Shown: positions 50,243-62,900 of the stretch, piece after piece
Position numbering within the stretch: position 1 is the stretch's first letter
How the letters are laid out: each line of letters starts with the position of its first letter
DNA from: Spirogloea muscicola
Taxonomy: Eukaryota
NCBI GenBank assembly: GCA_009602725.1
Contig: WELB01000016.1
Location: forward strand, 14,192 to 78,191
Direction of reading: 5' to 3'
DNA: 64,000 nucleotides
Translations under genes and position numbers: made by a program
The notes under the pieces: generated by a model
What the model was told of the DNA's origin: nothing
Seen by the model: only the letters and a program-made list of their open reading frames with translations
The model's database searches: none

Positions 50243-52697
50243 ATGGCGTTGGCCCTTCCCCTGCGCAACGCTGCTCCCGGGTTGCGACTGGACGCCGGCC
50301 GTCTGCTTCGGCACATTGGCGCCTCGGAGCTAGCTGCAGCTCTGCCATTGCGATGGAAGCACTCTGGGTGCAAGCTGCGATCAGGATCAGCAGCTGGAGC
50401 GACGCTTGCACGCGGGCCTGAGAGGAAGCGCTTCAGGTTGGTCACAGCGCGTCTTACTGCAGTTTATCGGAGCCGTTAACCTAGAGCACGAAGCCACTCT
50501 CCTGGCCTTGATATGCAAAACAAGCAACACTCGACGTGACTTGGTATGCGAAACGCACTCCCGTATCGTATCTTACTATCTGATGAGGACATTGCATATG
50601 ATTGTGTGCACCCGTCTCTTTGCAACACCCTTCGTCCTGCAATTGTCACCTGGCATTACTAAGTTGGACAGGGGCTACCCTGTGCCTCTGGGTGGTGTAG
50701 AGTGAGATGCGAGGCCGCTGCCGCTACCTCAGCACCAGCAACAAGCCGTCCAGGCGTTGTAGGCACTCCTTCTGACGACAAAGTCGTTCAGGTGGGCAAG
50801 GTTGTACAAATGTAAGATGCTGAAGGGGCAGAGCAGGCTACTGTGGACGTATAGAACAGAGGAGTGGGGGCGAAGATGCTGGATAAGGTATCTCACAGGG
50901 AGGAGGTTGCTTATTGGTGAATAGTGTTCTTGCAGTATGAGAAGAGTGTACGTTAGAGGTGGCACATCTGGTTGCCTTTGACTGATGTTCTGTCCTGTTG
51001 ATGCCAATCCCATTTTCTACTATTCTTCAGGTACATAACAAGGACGAGCTTGATGCAGCCCTAAAGGCAGCTAAGAACCGGCTTGTAGTCGTCGAATATG
51101 GGGCAAGGTATGGTTGACATGCTTGAAGATTGTCAAGCTATATTTGTGTTTCAGATGGTGACAATATGGATAGCTCAAGCATTGCAGCTCTGCAGCCCAG
51201 CTCTCCACACTGCTGGATCTGCTATTGAATTGCCTTTGCATGGCAGGAGTGACTGATGTATCCTGCATCAGTAGTCGGCAAGAGAAGTTGCTACTCAATG
51301 TCTGGTTCGCAAAAGATGACGCTAAGACTGCTGCGCTGTCATGAACGTGTGAACAGCCATAGTGTCAACAGCGCAAAGATCTACCCAACAATGGTGGAGA
51401 TGAGTCGAAATATGCAGGTATTTGACAACTGCAGCTTACAAGCTGTATATGAATCTGATTGCCCATAACGCCAACTGCCTTGCTTTCCTTGATCTTCAGG
51501 CAGCATCTGCTCTGCCGTCCTGTCTGCTTAGATACCCTGTGCGTATACAGCAGGCTGCCTCATCTTTGGACACAGTGGGAAGGTTGCCAAATTTCATAGT
51601 TTCTGTGGGCTGCAGGATGTGAAGTTCTTGCTGGTCATGGGTGATGAGTCTGATGAGACCACCCAAATGTGTAAAGATGAAGGTAAGCGTCAGCCTTTGG
51701 TGGTCACCTCTATCTGCACATCCGTCTTTGTCATCAGCTAGATTGCCCTGGCACGTGTTAGTCAGCAGCCTGTCAAGTGCGCTGAACTCATCTGCATCCT
51801 GATTATGTGACAGGAATCGAGAAAGTACCACATTTTGTGTTTTACAAAAATGGGGTCAAAATCCACGAAGAAGAGGGCATTGATGGTGATATGCTTGTCG
51901 GGGATGTCTTGTACTATGGAGACAGTGATGCTCCCATCCACCAGGTTCATTTCAGTGACCCCTTTCTTCATACAAAAGAGTCCTGTGCATGCAGTTGTGT
52001 AAGTTGCGTGACATTCTCCAAGGCCTAACACAGCATAAACACACTTCATTTAGATCTTTCCAGTACCTATCAAGTGCTGCTACTAATGCAATTGCACTCT
52101 GGTTTGTGGCAACATCTGTTCAGCTGCATGGTAAAGAGGATATAGAAGCCCTTCTCAAGAAGCATGCTGCAGATCACCAACTCGTCATTGTGGATGTGAG
52201 CTTGAAGAGCTGTGGCCCCTGCGTGAAGGTTCGACTAGCTCACCTCCTGTGCACCTGGTGACACGTTGGTTGCTGAGTGATAATCGCCGTCTGGCTTCTC
52301 CTAGGTCGTGCTAAGATTGTGCCATGAAGGAATCAACTCAAGCTGCTCTACTGGATGTTACCCACGAGCAGACAGGATACCAAGGCTTGTATATACTCCA
52401 GCTTTGGGTACGAGCATATTCCTAGGTGCTAAGGGCTGCTGATGCATGGTTTATGTGCAGGTGTACCCTGCAGTAGTGAAACTGAGCCGGAAGATGGCAG
52501 GTAATGCCGTATTTGCACGGCTCCTTGGTGACGAGAATGAGGCCTGCGAGGATTTGATGCGTGCCTTGGACATCAAGGAGGTTCCTACCTTCCTCTTCAT
52601 CCGCGATGGCAAGTTGTGTGGTCGCTATGTTGGCTCAGGCAGGGGGGAGCTTGTGGGAGAGGTCTTGAGACATCTGGGGGTTAGAGTCACTTACTGA
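50243..52697 (+). CDS. CDSP32: chloroplastic drought-induced stress protein of 32 kDa (double thioredoxin)
   Basis: Transit peptide; Trx domain 1 with SVNS (SxxS), [28 protein letters not shown]; Trx domain 2 with [20 protein letters not shown]...GRYVGSG.GEL.GEVLR..GVRVTY*. Confidence 0.94.
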
Positions 52698-54003
52698 CAA
52701 GCTGAAGTTGATGTGACCAAGCTGCAGCAGGGAGGAAGTATTGTTGCTGCCATACAGCAGAGGCAGCGTCACAGCATAGAAGTTGTCTATTGAATTGGCA
52801 CCTACAAGATCTTGCGGCATGTGTGGTGTGATATGCGCCTCACCGCCCCTTCAGCCCCAAGTAATCATTCAGCGGGCTTGTGCTTAGCTCAGATGTTTGC
52901 GGTGCTACTACTACGGTGTCAGATGCCCAGGTGCTAGACCTGGGTCTGAGCTTCAGGGATTATCCTAATATAACCTGTAACCAGTGAAGGGGAATGATTA
53001 GTGGGCTGGCCAAGCTTGATCGCCCAATCGTGCCTCAAACTGTTCACATGGACAGTCGACTGCCCACATGGGCCACATTGAGTGACTGTCTTTCGCCCAT
53101 ATTCATGTCAGTACCCTTAGATGCTCTTCTGGCCTGCTTTCCTCTGCTTGCTGGAGGAGGTGGCTGCACCTCGTAGTTGTGATGGGGACAACTCTTAGCA
53201 AGCAAATTGGATGGTCAGCTCCTCGATAGTACATTGTGATCCTAAGAGGTGTCCCATACCTTGACAAATTTGATGTATGATCTGCTAGTCATGCTACAGT
53301 AAGGGCTGGCCATCCTGTTATTGTAGCGGGCATGCCCCGACTGTAAAGAGTCAAGACAAGACAATGTATCTGTAACATAACCATACCAGAAAAGCGTCAG
53401 TCAAGCCAATAGACACCTATGCATAGGTCGGCCTGCAGGCATAATCCGTGGCCAGTGTGGCCGTGTAGTTTTTGTGCTGGTGTATTGCTAGCACATTTCA
53501 ATACGATACCAACCACCTGCAATGTGCTACAATGCTTAAATCTGCTAAGAAGTTGCTCAGTCTACGTAGCTGTTGATGCTTTGATGTTGATCAGTCTCAA
53601 TCCTGTTTAGCACCGAGTCGCTCAGGAAGTTACTAATTGGGATACACAAGGACAAGGATGCTGACTTGCTTCACGTGGATTATATCTGGCATCGGATTCA
53701 CGTGGTCCAGAGAGCAGGGATGATCAACTCTTGGCCAGTGAAATCCTGGACTGATAATCTTCTACTTGGGCTTCTGGGGTGGCACTGTTGGGCTGCCGAC
53801 CTGTTCTTGATGATACTCAGAAACCATTCACGCTTACAATCATGCAACATAAAGTTTGCAAGGCACAACGAGCCAATGAGCCACTCAAATACAACTTCCC
53901 GTGGGCACCAGCCCTCAGCACTGTGATGCTCGCGGCAATTTCCGCTCATTCTTCATTCAGTGATTTTGGTAGGTCTCTGAGCAAGAAATCTTGACGCAAC
54001 AAC

Positions 54004-54178
54004 GATGACGAGGCAGGGGAGAAAGTGATTGTGCTGAAATGAACCTGACTTATCGTCTGGTGGGGTTGCTATGAAGACCGAGAGGAAGAATGATGGCTTC
54101 CAATGATGGGGCAGGGAAGACTGATGTGCTGAAATGGAGCGTGACTTATCGCCGGTGGGGTCGCCATAATGAAGACCT
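54004..54178. repeat. imperfect ~75-bp direct repeat pair in the gamma-CA 3' region
   Basis: GGCAGGG...TGTGCTGAAATG...TGACTTATCG..GGTGGGGT.GC.AT..GAAGACC occurs at ~54004-54079 and ~54105-54177. Confidence 0.75.
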
Positions 54179-54218
54179 TAATGAAGGTACACCTGAACCT
54201 CTCCAACGCACTTAGTTT

Positions 54219-56007
54219 CTACGACTTCTGCAGTGCCTCTGGCACCTTCTCACGAACAATGCCGAGTTGGGAGTCATAATCATCGTCCCGCTGCGCCCAC
54301 TCTGCACGCTTTGCCTTGTCCAGCTCGAGCTCCTCAAAGCTTTTGCTTGTCTCGACTGCGTGCTCAGCGCCCAGGCTGGCGTAGTTCTCCGCAGACTTGC
54401 TGATGAATGCCGACTCCTCGCTGGACAGATTCCTCAGGAACTTTGCCGGGTTGCCGGCCCAAATCTGTAGGCAACCCAGATTGATGAGGAGAAGCATTCT
54501 GCTGGCCAGAAAGCAAGTGGACTTCTAGCTATGACTTCTAGCTATGCCTGCACGCTAAAGAGCCTGCCTTTGGCTGTTCTGCAGCTGAGCCAACATGCGT
54601 GCTCTCACCTTGCCTGACCTTGCTTGACCTCATGGAATTAGAATCATGAGTACAGAATGCATGATGACAAGATATCTTGCAACCTCTGCAGTGCCTTTGT
54701 GCTGGCCGCTGACGCACCTGGCCAGAGGGTATTCTCGTATTTTGAGTGACCAGGGAGCCCGCTGCAACCATGGCGCCCTTCTCAACGACAACACCGTCCA
54801 GCAGGGTCGCGCCCATGCCTACAAAGCTCTCGTCTTCCACCGTGCATGCATGGAGCACTGCATTGTGGCCTGTCGGAGGAAAGGAACAAACACTGGCCTG
54901 TCAAGCAAGTGGCGATGCGTTGGCTCTTACAAGTCGGCCAGTAATAGCTAGCCCCTGCTGGCATCGAGGTACTCGTCCTCCACAAGCAAAACGTAGCCAA
55001 GGCCTGCCATCAGAGCGAGCAGCACGAGCTGACCAACAGTGACGTCGCTGCCGATGACGGTGGGCGCCACGTTGCCGCTGACATTCGTCTTGGCAACGTG
55101 CACGATGGTGCCGTCCTGGATGTTGGTGCGCGCCCCCACGCGAATGTAGTTCACGTCGCCTGTGCCAAAGGGGACCATTGGCTCTGATCAAGACAGGCGC
55201 TAGCCAAGGCCATCGGCCAGATGTGGTGCCAGCCAGTCGGGGTCACACTCAGCGCGGCGCTCAAGTGGGCAAGTCTCAGCCACCGTGGCAAGCTGGAGAG
55301 CAGGCCTTATTGGGCTAGCCTGGCCAGTCAAAGGTGGGGGAAAGCATCGAAGACGGCATCCACGAGGACAAACGACCGAGTAAGTGGGCCGCACAGCAGC
55401 CAGAGATTGTGACAGTCACTCGCAGCGGACTGGCCGCTGCCAAGGCCCTGCGGCGCTGCTAATGCCTCTGCCAGCCAGTACTTGCCCAGCTGCCGACGCA
55501 AACTCATAAGGTGGAGCGGCACGTCTCATTGACACCCACGTTGGTATGCCGTCCGTGCAGGCCTTGGCTGCTCCGGCGAGGATCGCCACCGCAAGTGCCC
55601 GACTGGTGTGGCCAGAGGGGCGGGGGAGTTGGGGCATGGAGACGCACCTCGCAGGACGGCGCCGTACCAGATGGAGGAGTGCTTGCCCACAGCCACGTCG
55701 CCAATGAGCGCCGCGCTGGGCGCCACAAATGCGTCCTTGTCCACCGCCGGCGCCTTATCCATCAGGTTCATCAGCGTGCGATGCCGCGACACTGCGGCGG
55801 CGACGGCGGCGGCGGCGCTGGAGGCGGTCAGCAACCGGCGGGGCAGGGGAGGAGACGGCGAGGGAGGCGGCGGAGAGGGCGGCGCTGCTCACGCTGCTCC
55901 TTGAAGGCGGTGCTGCCCTGCAGGCGGCAGCCGAGGCGGTCCAGCGCCTGGCCCGTCTCGCGCACCCACATTCCCACCGTGTACAGCACGCGCCCGAGGG
56001 ACGACAT
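54219..56007 (-). CDS. GAMMACA: mitochondrial gamma carbonic anhydrase (complex I CA subunit)
   Basis: [39 protein letters not shown], hexapeptide repeats, [12 protein letters not shown], three Zn-site His (IVHV, GHNA, LHAC) and [11 protein letters not shown]. Confidence 0.96.
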
Positions 56008-57209
56008 CGCCACGAGCGGCGGTGACGGCGGCGGCGGCGGCGGCGGTGGCTGCGGCGGCGGCGGCGGCGGCGACGGCGGACGTCGATCCCGTCGTCGTTA
56101 AGTAGCTGGCACGCCCACTTGGCAGCGAGGACGACCGTGGTCTCGCAGTCCTCCGTGCCACTGCCTGGCGAGGGCTTCTCCCTGGCCCTCGACGGCATGG
56201 TACTCGAGCTCTTTGCTTAGCCGGGGCTGCCACCACTGCCCAGCACGCATGCTGCCATCGTCCTTCCACGCCTTGAACCACTACAAGCACCAGGTTGCCC
56301 AGCGGGGCTTTCGGCGACGCCCAGCCATCGCAGCCAGCACCGAGAGCCGGCGGGCCAGTCCCAACAGATGTACAGGCGAGGCTCAGATTGGCTTTGTGTG
56401 TGGTAGGGGTTGAAACGCTCATTGCCGCTTGCACATGCTGATGCTCGCGCCTAATGCCCTGACGGGATTTAGCAATGGGAAGTGCAGCTGGTCATCTCTG
56501 CCGCTGCTGGCGCTGCTGCGCCGCTGCTTCGCCGCTGCTCGGTGCACCCTTGGCCTTGGCAGGGCCCCTTGATCAAGCAGGGTTGAAGTTAGTCGGTCAG
56601 CTTTGCGCAGGCGGCGAGCTAACTGAGGCNCCCTCCCTCCATCGTTTTCGGCGCTTATGCTCCGCAGACAATGCTTCACCGCCCCGCCGACCTGCAGCCG
56701 TTCTTCGCGTTGCTTTCAGTCGTGCAAGCTCGGGCCCTGTGACGACTGAGCAATTGACAGCCAGGCCCTACGACCGCTCCGGGCCTTTCAAGCAGCCATC
56801 ATAAGTCCTTCAGATGCCGCGCAGCAGGATCGCATTGTGGCCAGTCCTTACTCAATTGCATAGATCCTACATAGAAGGCCAGACGAGCATTAGCTGCTGT
56901 AAATGGTTGCGAAACCCTCAGCGCCTGTGTCAAGCGCAGGCGACACCACAGATATCACGAGGAACGACCGACTCAGTGCGAGCAATTTGTCATGTAATTA
57001 ATGCCTGGAATTGCATGCCACAACTGACACTGAGCTACCTTGTCCTCATCCATAGATGCACGAGACTGACTCCATACGCAGCTGTGTGAGCACGGCTGGT
57101 TCGCAAGCAGTTGCATTTAAGACACGAGGCGCAGAGGACGGGTCGTCCTTGTGGTCAAAGTGCTCAGCTTCGACCCATATGACTTACTGTGATTTGCTGT
57201 GGGGCGCAG

Positions 57210-57577
57210 GTGGAGAAGGAGCTGAAGCAGTGGTCCACGTGGTTTCTGAAGAAGGCTAAAGTCGCAACGTACTACGGCTTCATCCCGCTCGTCATAGTCA
57301 TTGGAATGCAGGTGAGGGCTGCGACCGAAGGTCGTACTGGTTGCCAATTAAGTGTCGGTCCTTCACTCCCCTCACAGCTGCAAAAGAAAGGATTGTGATG
57401 GTTTTTTAGCAAGCCATTTGGTTGACTTCCATTGCACGCTGTTTGGCAATACCACCTACAAAGCCACTTGCACCATGCAGTCTGGGCATCTCTGTGACAG
57501 ATCTTGAGATGCTGCCATTGTTGGCATCACAGACTGACCCCAAACCACAGTGGACGCAACTTCTTGGACCAGTTTGA
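57210..57577 (+). CDS. TOM7: mitochondrial import receptor subunit TOM7 (5' exon not located; possibly in the gap at 56630)
   Basis: [34 protein letters not shown] / [14 protein letters not shown]. Confidence 0.9.
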
Positions 57578-58224
57578 GACATGGTCACTACGGCACTAGT
57601 GTGCCAATGTTTGTTACGATGCTCTTTTCTGCCATGCGCCAAAGACTATGCGACAGAAGCATCACGGAAGGTTGCAGCATTTCACCTGCTCTTCGTTGGG
57701 TACCTTTTGCTCTAGTGACGGCTGGGCTGTGCAGTGACACTTGTTGCTAGGCTTAATACTGCCACAATGTGGCGCAGATCGACTTGAGCAGGCTAGACCT
57801 TTGTACCTATAGGCGGACTTCGAGAGTTCACTATTGACCTGCAACACATACACAACGTAATGTAATCGTGGGCCTCCTACATGCTAAGTTCTTCATGTTG
57901 CGCTGGCGGCAGAGCTCATATCTAGTTTTGCACTTCATGAGCTGAGACTATCATCTGCCCACTGCAAGCCGTCCGTGGTCCTCAAAGAGGTTGCACAGGT
58001 CGCGCTGGTCTTTCCAAAGTCGAAATGGAACTGATGCCCCATCTTGATGGCCCACCCTAATGAGGCATTGTCAATGATTGATGCTCGTCGGTCATGGCAT
58101 ACGTCTGTCTGGCTGCTACTAGGGCATGCCGGGTGCGCACCTCAGGAAGCAAGCTTGCCGAACCAAGCGAGCACGAGACCAGGCTTGGGGAGCCGAGCTG
58201 CGGAAGCAGGTCATCCAAAGCGGG

Positions 58225-58282
58225 CGAGGGCTGTGAAAAAGCTAGCCTGGAAAGGATGGACAAGTTCCGAAGGGAAGGAGAG
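58225..58282 (-). repeat. degenerate hairpin-module copy upstream of RPS30
   Basis: The reverse complement CCTTCGGAACTTGTCCATCCTTTCCAGGCTAGCTTTTTCACAGCCC resembles 22878-22922 and 22581-22600. Confidence 0.55.
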
Positions 58283-58469
58283 GAAGCAGAGGTCCGAGCT
58301 GCACGGTTGTACGGGGCACGGAACCAGTGCCGCCAGAGGGGGTTTGGGGGTTTGCTTTCGGGCTTCTGCGGGTGGGGGGGCGGGGGCCCCGATGCTTGCC
58401 ACGTGCTGAGGCGCGTCATCGTCAGGGAGATCGAACGGCGCTGCGCCAGCCCCGCTCGGGGGTTCCTGG

Positions 58470-58478
58470 AAACCCTAA
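58470..58478 (+). promoter_or_regulatory. telo-box (AAACCCTAA)
   Basis: Exact AAACCCTAA ~110 nt upstream of the RPS30 ATG, as is typical of plant ribosomal protein genes. Confidence 0.65.
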
Positions 58479-58587
58479 TTTGCGCCTTTCGACCCCGTCG
58501 CCTCTCTTTGCGTTTTGCGCCTCCATCGGCAAGCTCCGCCGTCTCCGCCGCCGCCGCCGCCGCCGCCGTCGCAGGAGCGTCGGCGCC

Positions 58588-59422
<835 letters not shown>

Positions 59423-59953
59423 GCATGCAGTTACATCGAGGTCTGCTACTGCATGAAAGGCACCTGCTGCTGCGTTGGAGCTTCACTTGAAGTGATGGAG
59501 AAGGGGTGAATGGACACTTTTTCGTTCTTTTGCAAGAAGAGGGTGACTGCCTCTTGCTAGTTGATGCCGCCAGCAGCGAGCGAGGACAGGAGGGGAGCAA
59601 GGGAAGTGACTCATACATGGGTTTTGAGACAAATTGGGAAGGTTTAAACCATGTTGGTGGACACTGTTGAGCTCTTGACTCGGCTTCATAGTGAAGCTGT
59701 ACAGAGCGTGGTGTGAGCTGATGTTGCAGCATACTCAATGTGAGCAGTTTTATTCGCATTTTTCTTGAAACAATGCACTATACATCTTGGTTACCAACTA
59801 TTCTGTAAGTGAAGATCTACTGCAAGGTACTTTAGTAGCATGTGGATGCCAAGAGCAAGCTCATCTGGGTTGACTTGTCACTAATTATCACCAAGTACAA
59901 TACCTACTTTCAAAGCACCAGTCGATCACACAGCTGATGATTGCCCACTGTCT

Positions 59954-62900
59954 CTATAAGCTTTGTACATTGGAGTTGGCAGTTTCATGCCCTCCTAATC
60001 GTTCTACCTCTGATAATAGCGAAATTGCCAGAGCAATATCAGGCGTTGGGCCAGGGGGCAACTGCCCTTTGCCCCACCGGATATAAAGAGCATCCTGTGG
60101 ACTGCTCCATGTCGGCAAGAGCAGCTTCTTGTCAGGGAGCTCGAAGCTGCACTGCTCCTCACCGTTCTGCCACACCTGATCAGCAAGGGCAGCCAGATTG
60201 GTCGAGCCAACTTGCGGCTCTGGTATTTCAGCCGCGGAGGTGAGGTCGGCCAGCAAGAGCCACACTGTGTCGGCATCAATGCTGGCTACTGCCAGGAGAG
60301 CCTGCTTTGCCGCCGTGTGCACAGCCCCGCCCAAGAGTGGGATGATGGCACAAGCAACGGCCTTGGCAATGGGGGCCAACGCCGCGGACGACTTGCTCTC
60401 GCTGGCTGTTGTGGCTATGCACCGCAACACAGCCTCCTTGACTTTCAGGACAGCGGCCGGCGCGACCTCAGGGCTTGGTGCGCTTCGTTTCTTGGGCATC
60501 AGGGCGACCTTGGACTTAGGCTCGTCAAGCCGTGCTCCAAATGAGGGCGGTGGCAGCTCCCCAGGAAAAGGCTCCACAATGGGCAGCAAGGTGGAAGCCG
60601 CCGTTGCCGCTGCGGGCGAGGCCGGCCCATGGCAAAGCAGCCGAAGCATGTGGGGCCAAGCATCATCGCGGAAGCGGCGGGCCACAAAATCGCCACCGCC
60701 TGAAAGCGCCAGAGTGGACATAACTTCCAGCGCCCGCGCCAGTACCTGGATGACCATGCCACTCTCATCATCAGCTTGGTACTGAATGCGCCCGCAAGGC
60801 CTACTATGGACTTACAAGCACAGCGCTAGTACTTTTGCGGGCAATAGGAGGGCTCACTGCAGGACTTGAAGAGCGCAGGCCGAGCACGAGGTGGGGCCAC
60901 AGGAGGTGTATCCGTGGGAGGATGCGGTGCATCTCCTCCTCCTTGGTGGCTGCGGGCCTTCCCTCCTCCTCCTCTTCCCAATACTCCCGGCTGCTGCTCG
61001 TCCACTCACCTCTTGCTTGACCACCCCCGCCCTCGCAGTAAGCGCCACACTGAATGAGTTCGACCGCCGCCGCCTTCTCAAGCTTCTCGCTGTCGCGGCA
61101 CGCCTGCAGGCTGCCGAGTGCCCTCATTGCATTCTGCACCGACAACAGCCGTGGGCAATCAGAAGGCTCAGCAGCATCATCGGTGCCCTGGTTGTGGGTC
61201 TCAGACTCGCATGTTCAATGTGACTGCATCAGTCAGCCCCACCATTACTCATTGCTTATTTCACATACATGCGCCCAACTGACTGATGGCTACATACCTC
61301 GGCCGTGTCCAGCGCGACAAGCAGCACCGACAAGGGCTTGGAGCCGAGCAAAGGCCCGCAAGCTTCCAAACAGGAAGTTGCGACAGATGCCAGGGAGCGG
61401 TGGAGCCTCAGCCTCTCCTCTCGCTTTGCCTGTGCCTCTGACAAGTCCACAAATGCTCGATCTCCTCCATCCTCCCTTGCTGCAAGCTCGCTGACCTCCA
61501 TGGAGCTCTGCTGCCTTTTCTCACTTGTCTTGGAGGACCTGCTCCTCGGGCCCTGTCTAGTGCAGTTTTCGTCTTCCAGGCTTGCGCTGGTGCTTGCAGT
61601 GGAATGTGCATGAATTCGACTGTCGTTCACAGCAGAAGCTTGACCAGCCAGCACCCCTCCTCCATCAGCCTCGACCTTCAGCCTCATCATGCTTGATGAT
61701 GCTTCAGCTGACAGTTTTGCAGCAGCTGCAGCTTCAATATGTGCTGCTGCGGCTATCTCCCTCATAATCTGCAGATAAAAGCATTGAGTATGAGTAGCAC
61801 ATCAATGACAGTGCCGTGACATCTGAACAAGGATTTCATGATACAGGCATTCACGAGGGTTTCTTGCAAGACTGGGGTAGAGATTCCTACTTGGACAAAT
61901 GCCAGAATTTGCTGTGGATGAGCACGTCTTGATGTAACCTCCAAGCTTTGAGCGACAGCTCTTAGCTGGCTAAGATGCATGTACAAGAAAACTTAGTACA
62001 CGTTCATGCATGCTTGCAGCAGATCATTAGTGAGAGTGAATGCAGCTTAATCTTTTGGCTCAGATCTTTACTTAACCATCACTATCATCAAGTTGTCAGA
62101 CTCCAGCCTGCTGAGGTGCAAGCAGAGCACAAGCTATTACTTGATCTGAAGCTGACTGAGGCAGAAGGAGGCCTCACAGGCTCTGAGAGGAGCGGCAGGA
62201 GGTTGACAGACGACTTGGTACGACTCAAGACAGCCACAAAGAGCTGGGGCGTGCGTGGGTACAGGGCAAGATGTCGCAGCCCTCGACACAGCGAGTCGAC
62301 AACGTAGTCGGCATTTGCTGCAACCAGTGCACATGGCTGGATGGCAACAACACATCCATCCATGAGCTTAAGTAGAACAACAATTTTGTTAGGTGACTGA
62401 GTCTATGTGTTGATAAGTGAGTTCGGCAGTATGCCCTTCCTTGCGGTTGCGGTGGCCTCTTAAGGCAAGGAAAAGTACCGAGGGGTAGCCGCAATTGACG
62501 CAGATTGAGTGCAGAGCAATGCTGGCTGCCTCGCTCACAGGGCCGTGCGTGTCGCCCAGCTTGTCCAAGACAGGGTACAGTGTGCTCGCCAAAAGGGTCC
62601 CAGGTGACACGAACCGCCTGCCGAGAGCTCGAGCAAACACCGCCACCCCACGCAGCAACACCTGCATCCGAGCACACCCTCTTACGAGACTGCCAGCCAA
62701 GAGCTTGGCAGAAGCTTCACAAGCAATGAATGCATGTAACCAGTCAGCAAGACTCGCGACTTCTGTGTACCTGGTGGAGCAGGATGTTGGCGTCCAGGGC
62801 ATGGCGGGCGGAAGTGGGGTCAAGACTACCGTCTGAGTACGGCAAGTCCCAGAGGTCCGGGTTGACAAACTCAAGCAGCACCTCCTCCACAAAAGGAAAC

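Noticed and set aside
54004..54178. C/D snoRNA pair suggested by ATGA/CTGA words
   Set aside because: No canonical RTGATGA...CTGA with terminal stem or recognisable rRNA antisense element.
57056..57200. Possible TOM7 first exon (AFKTRGAEDGSSLWSK)
   Set aside because: No phase-compatible GT donor to the exon at 57210; the real first exon is probably in the gap near 56630.
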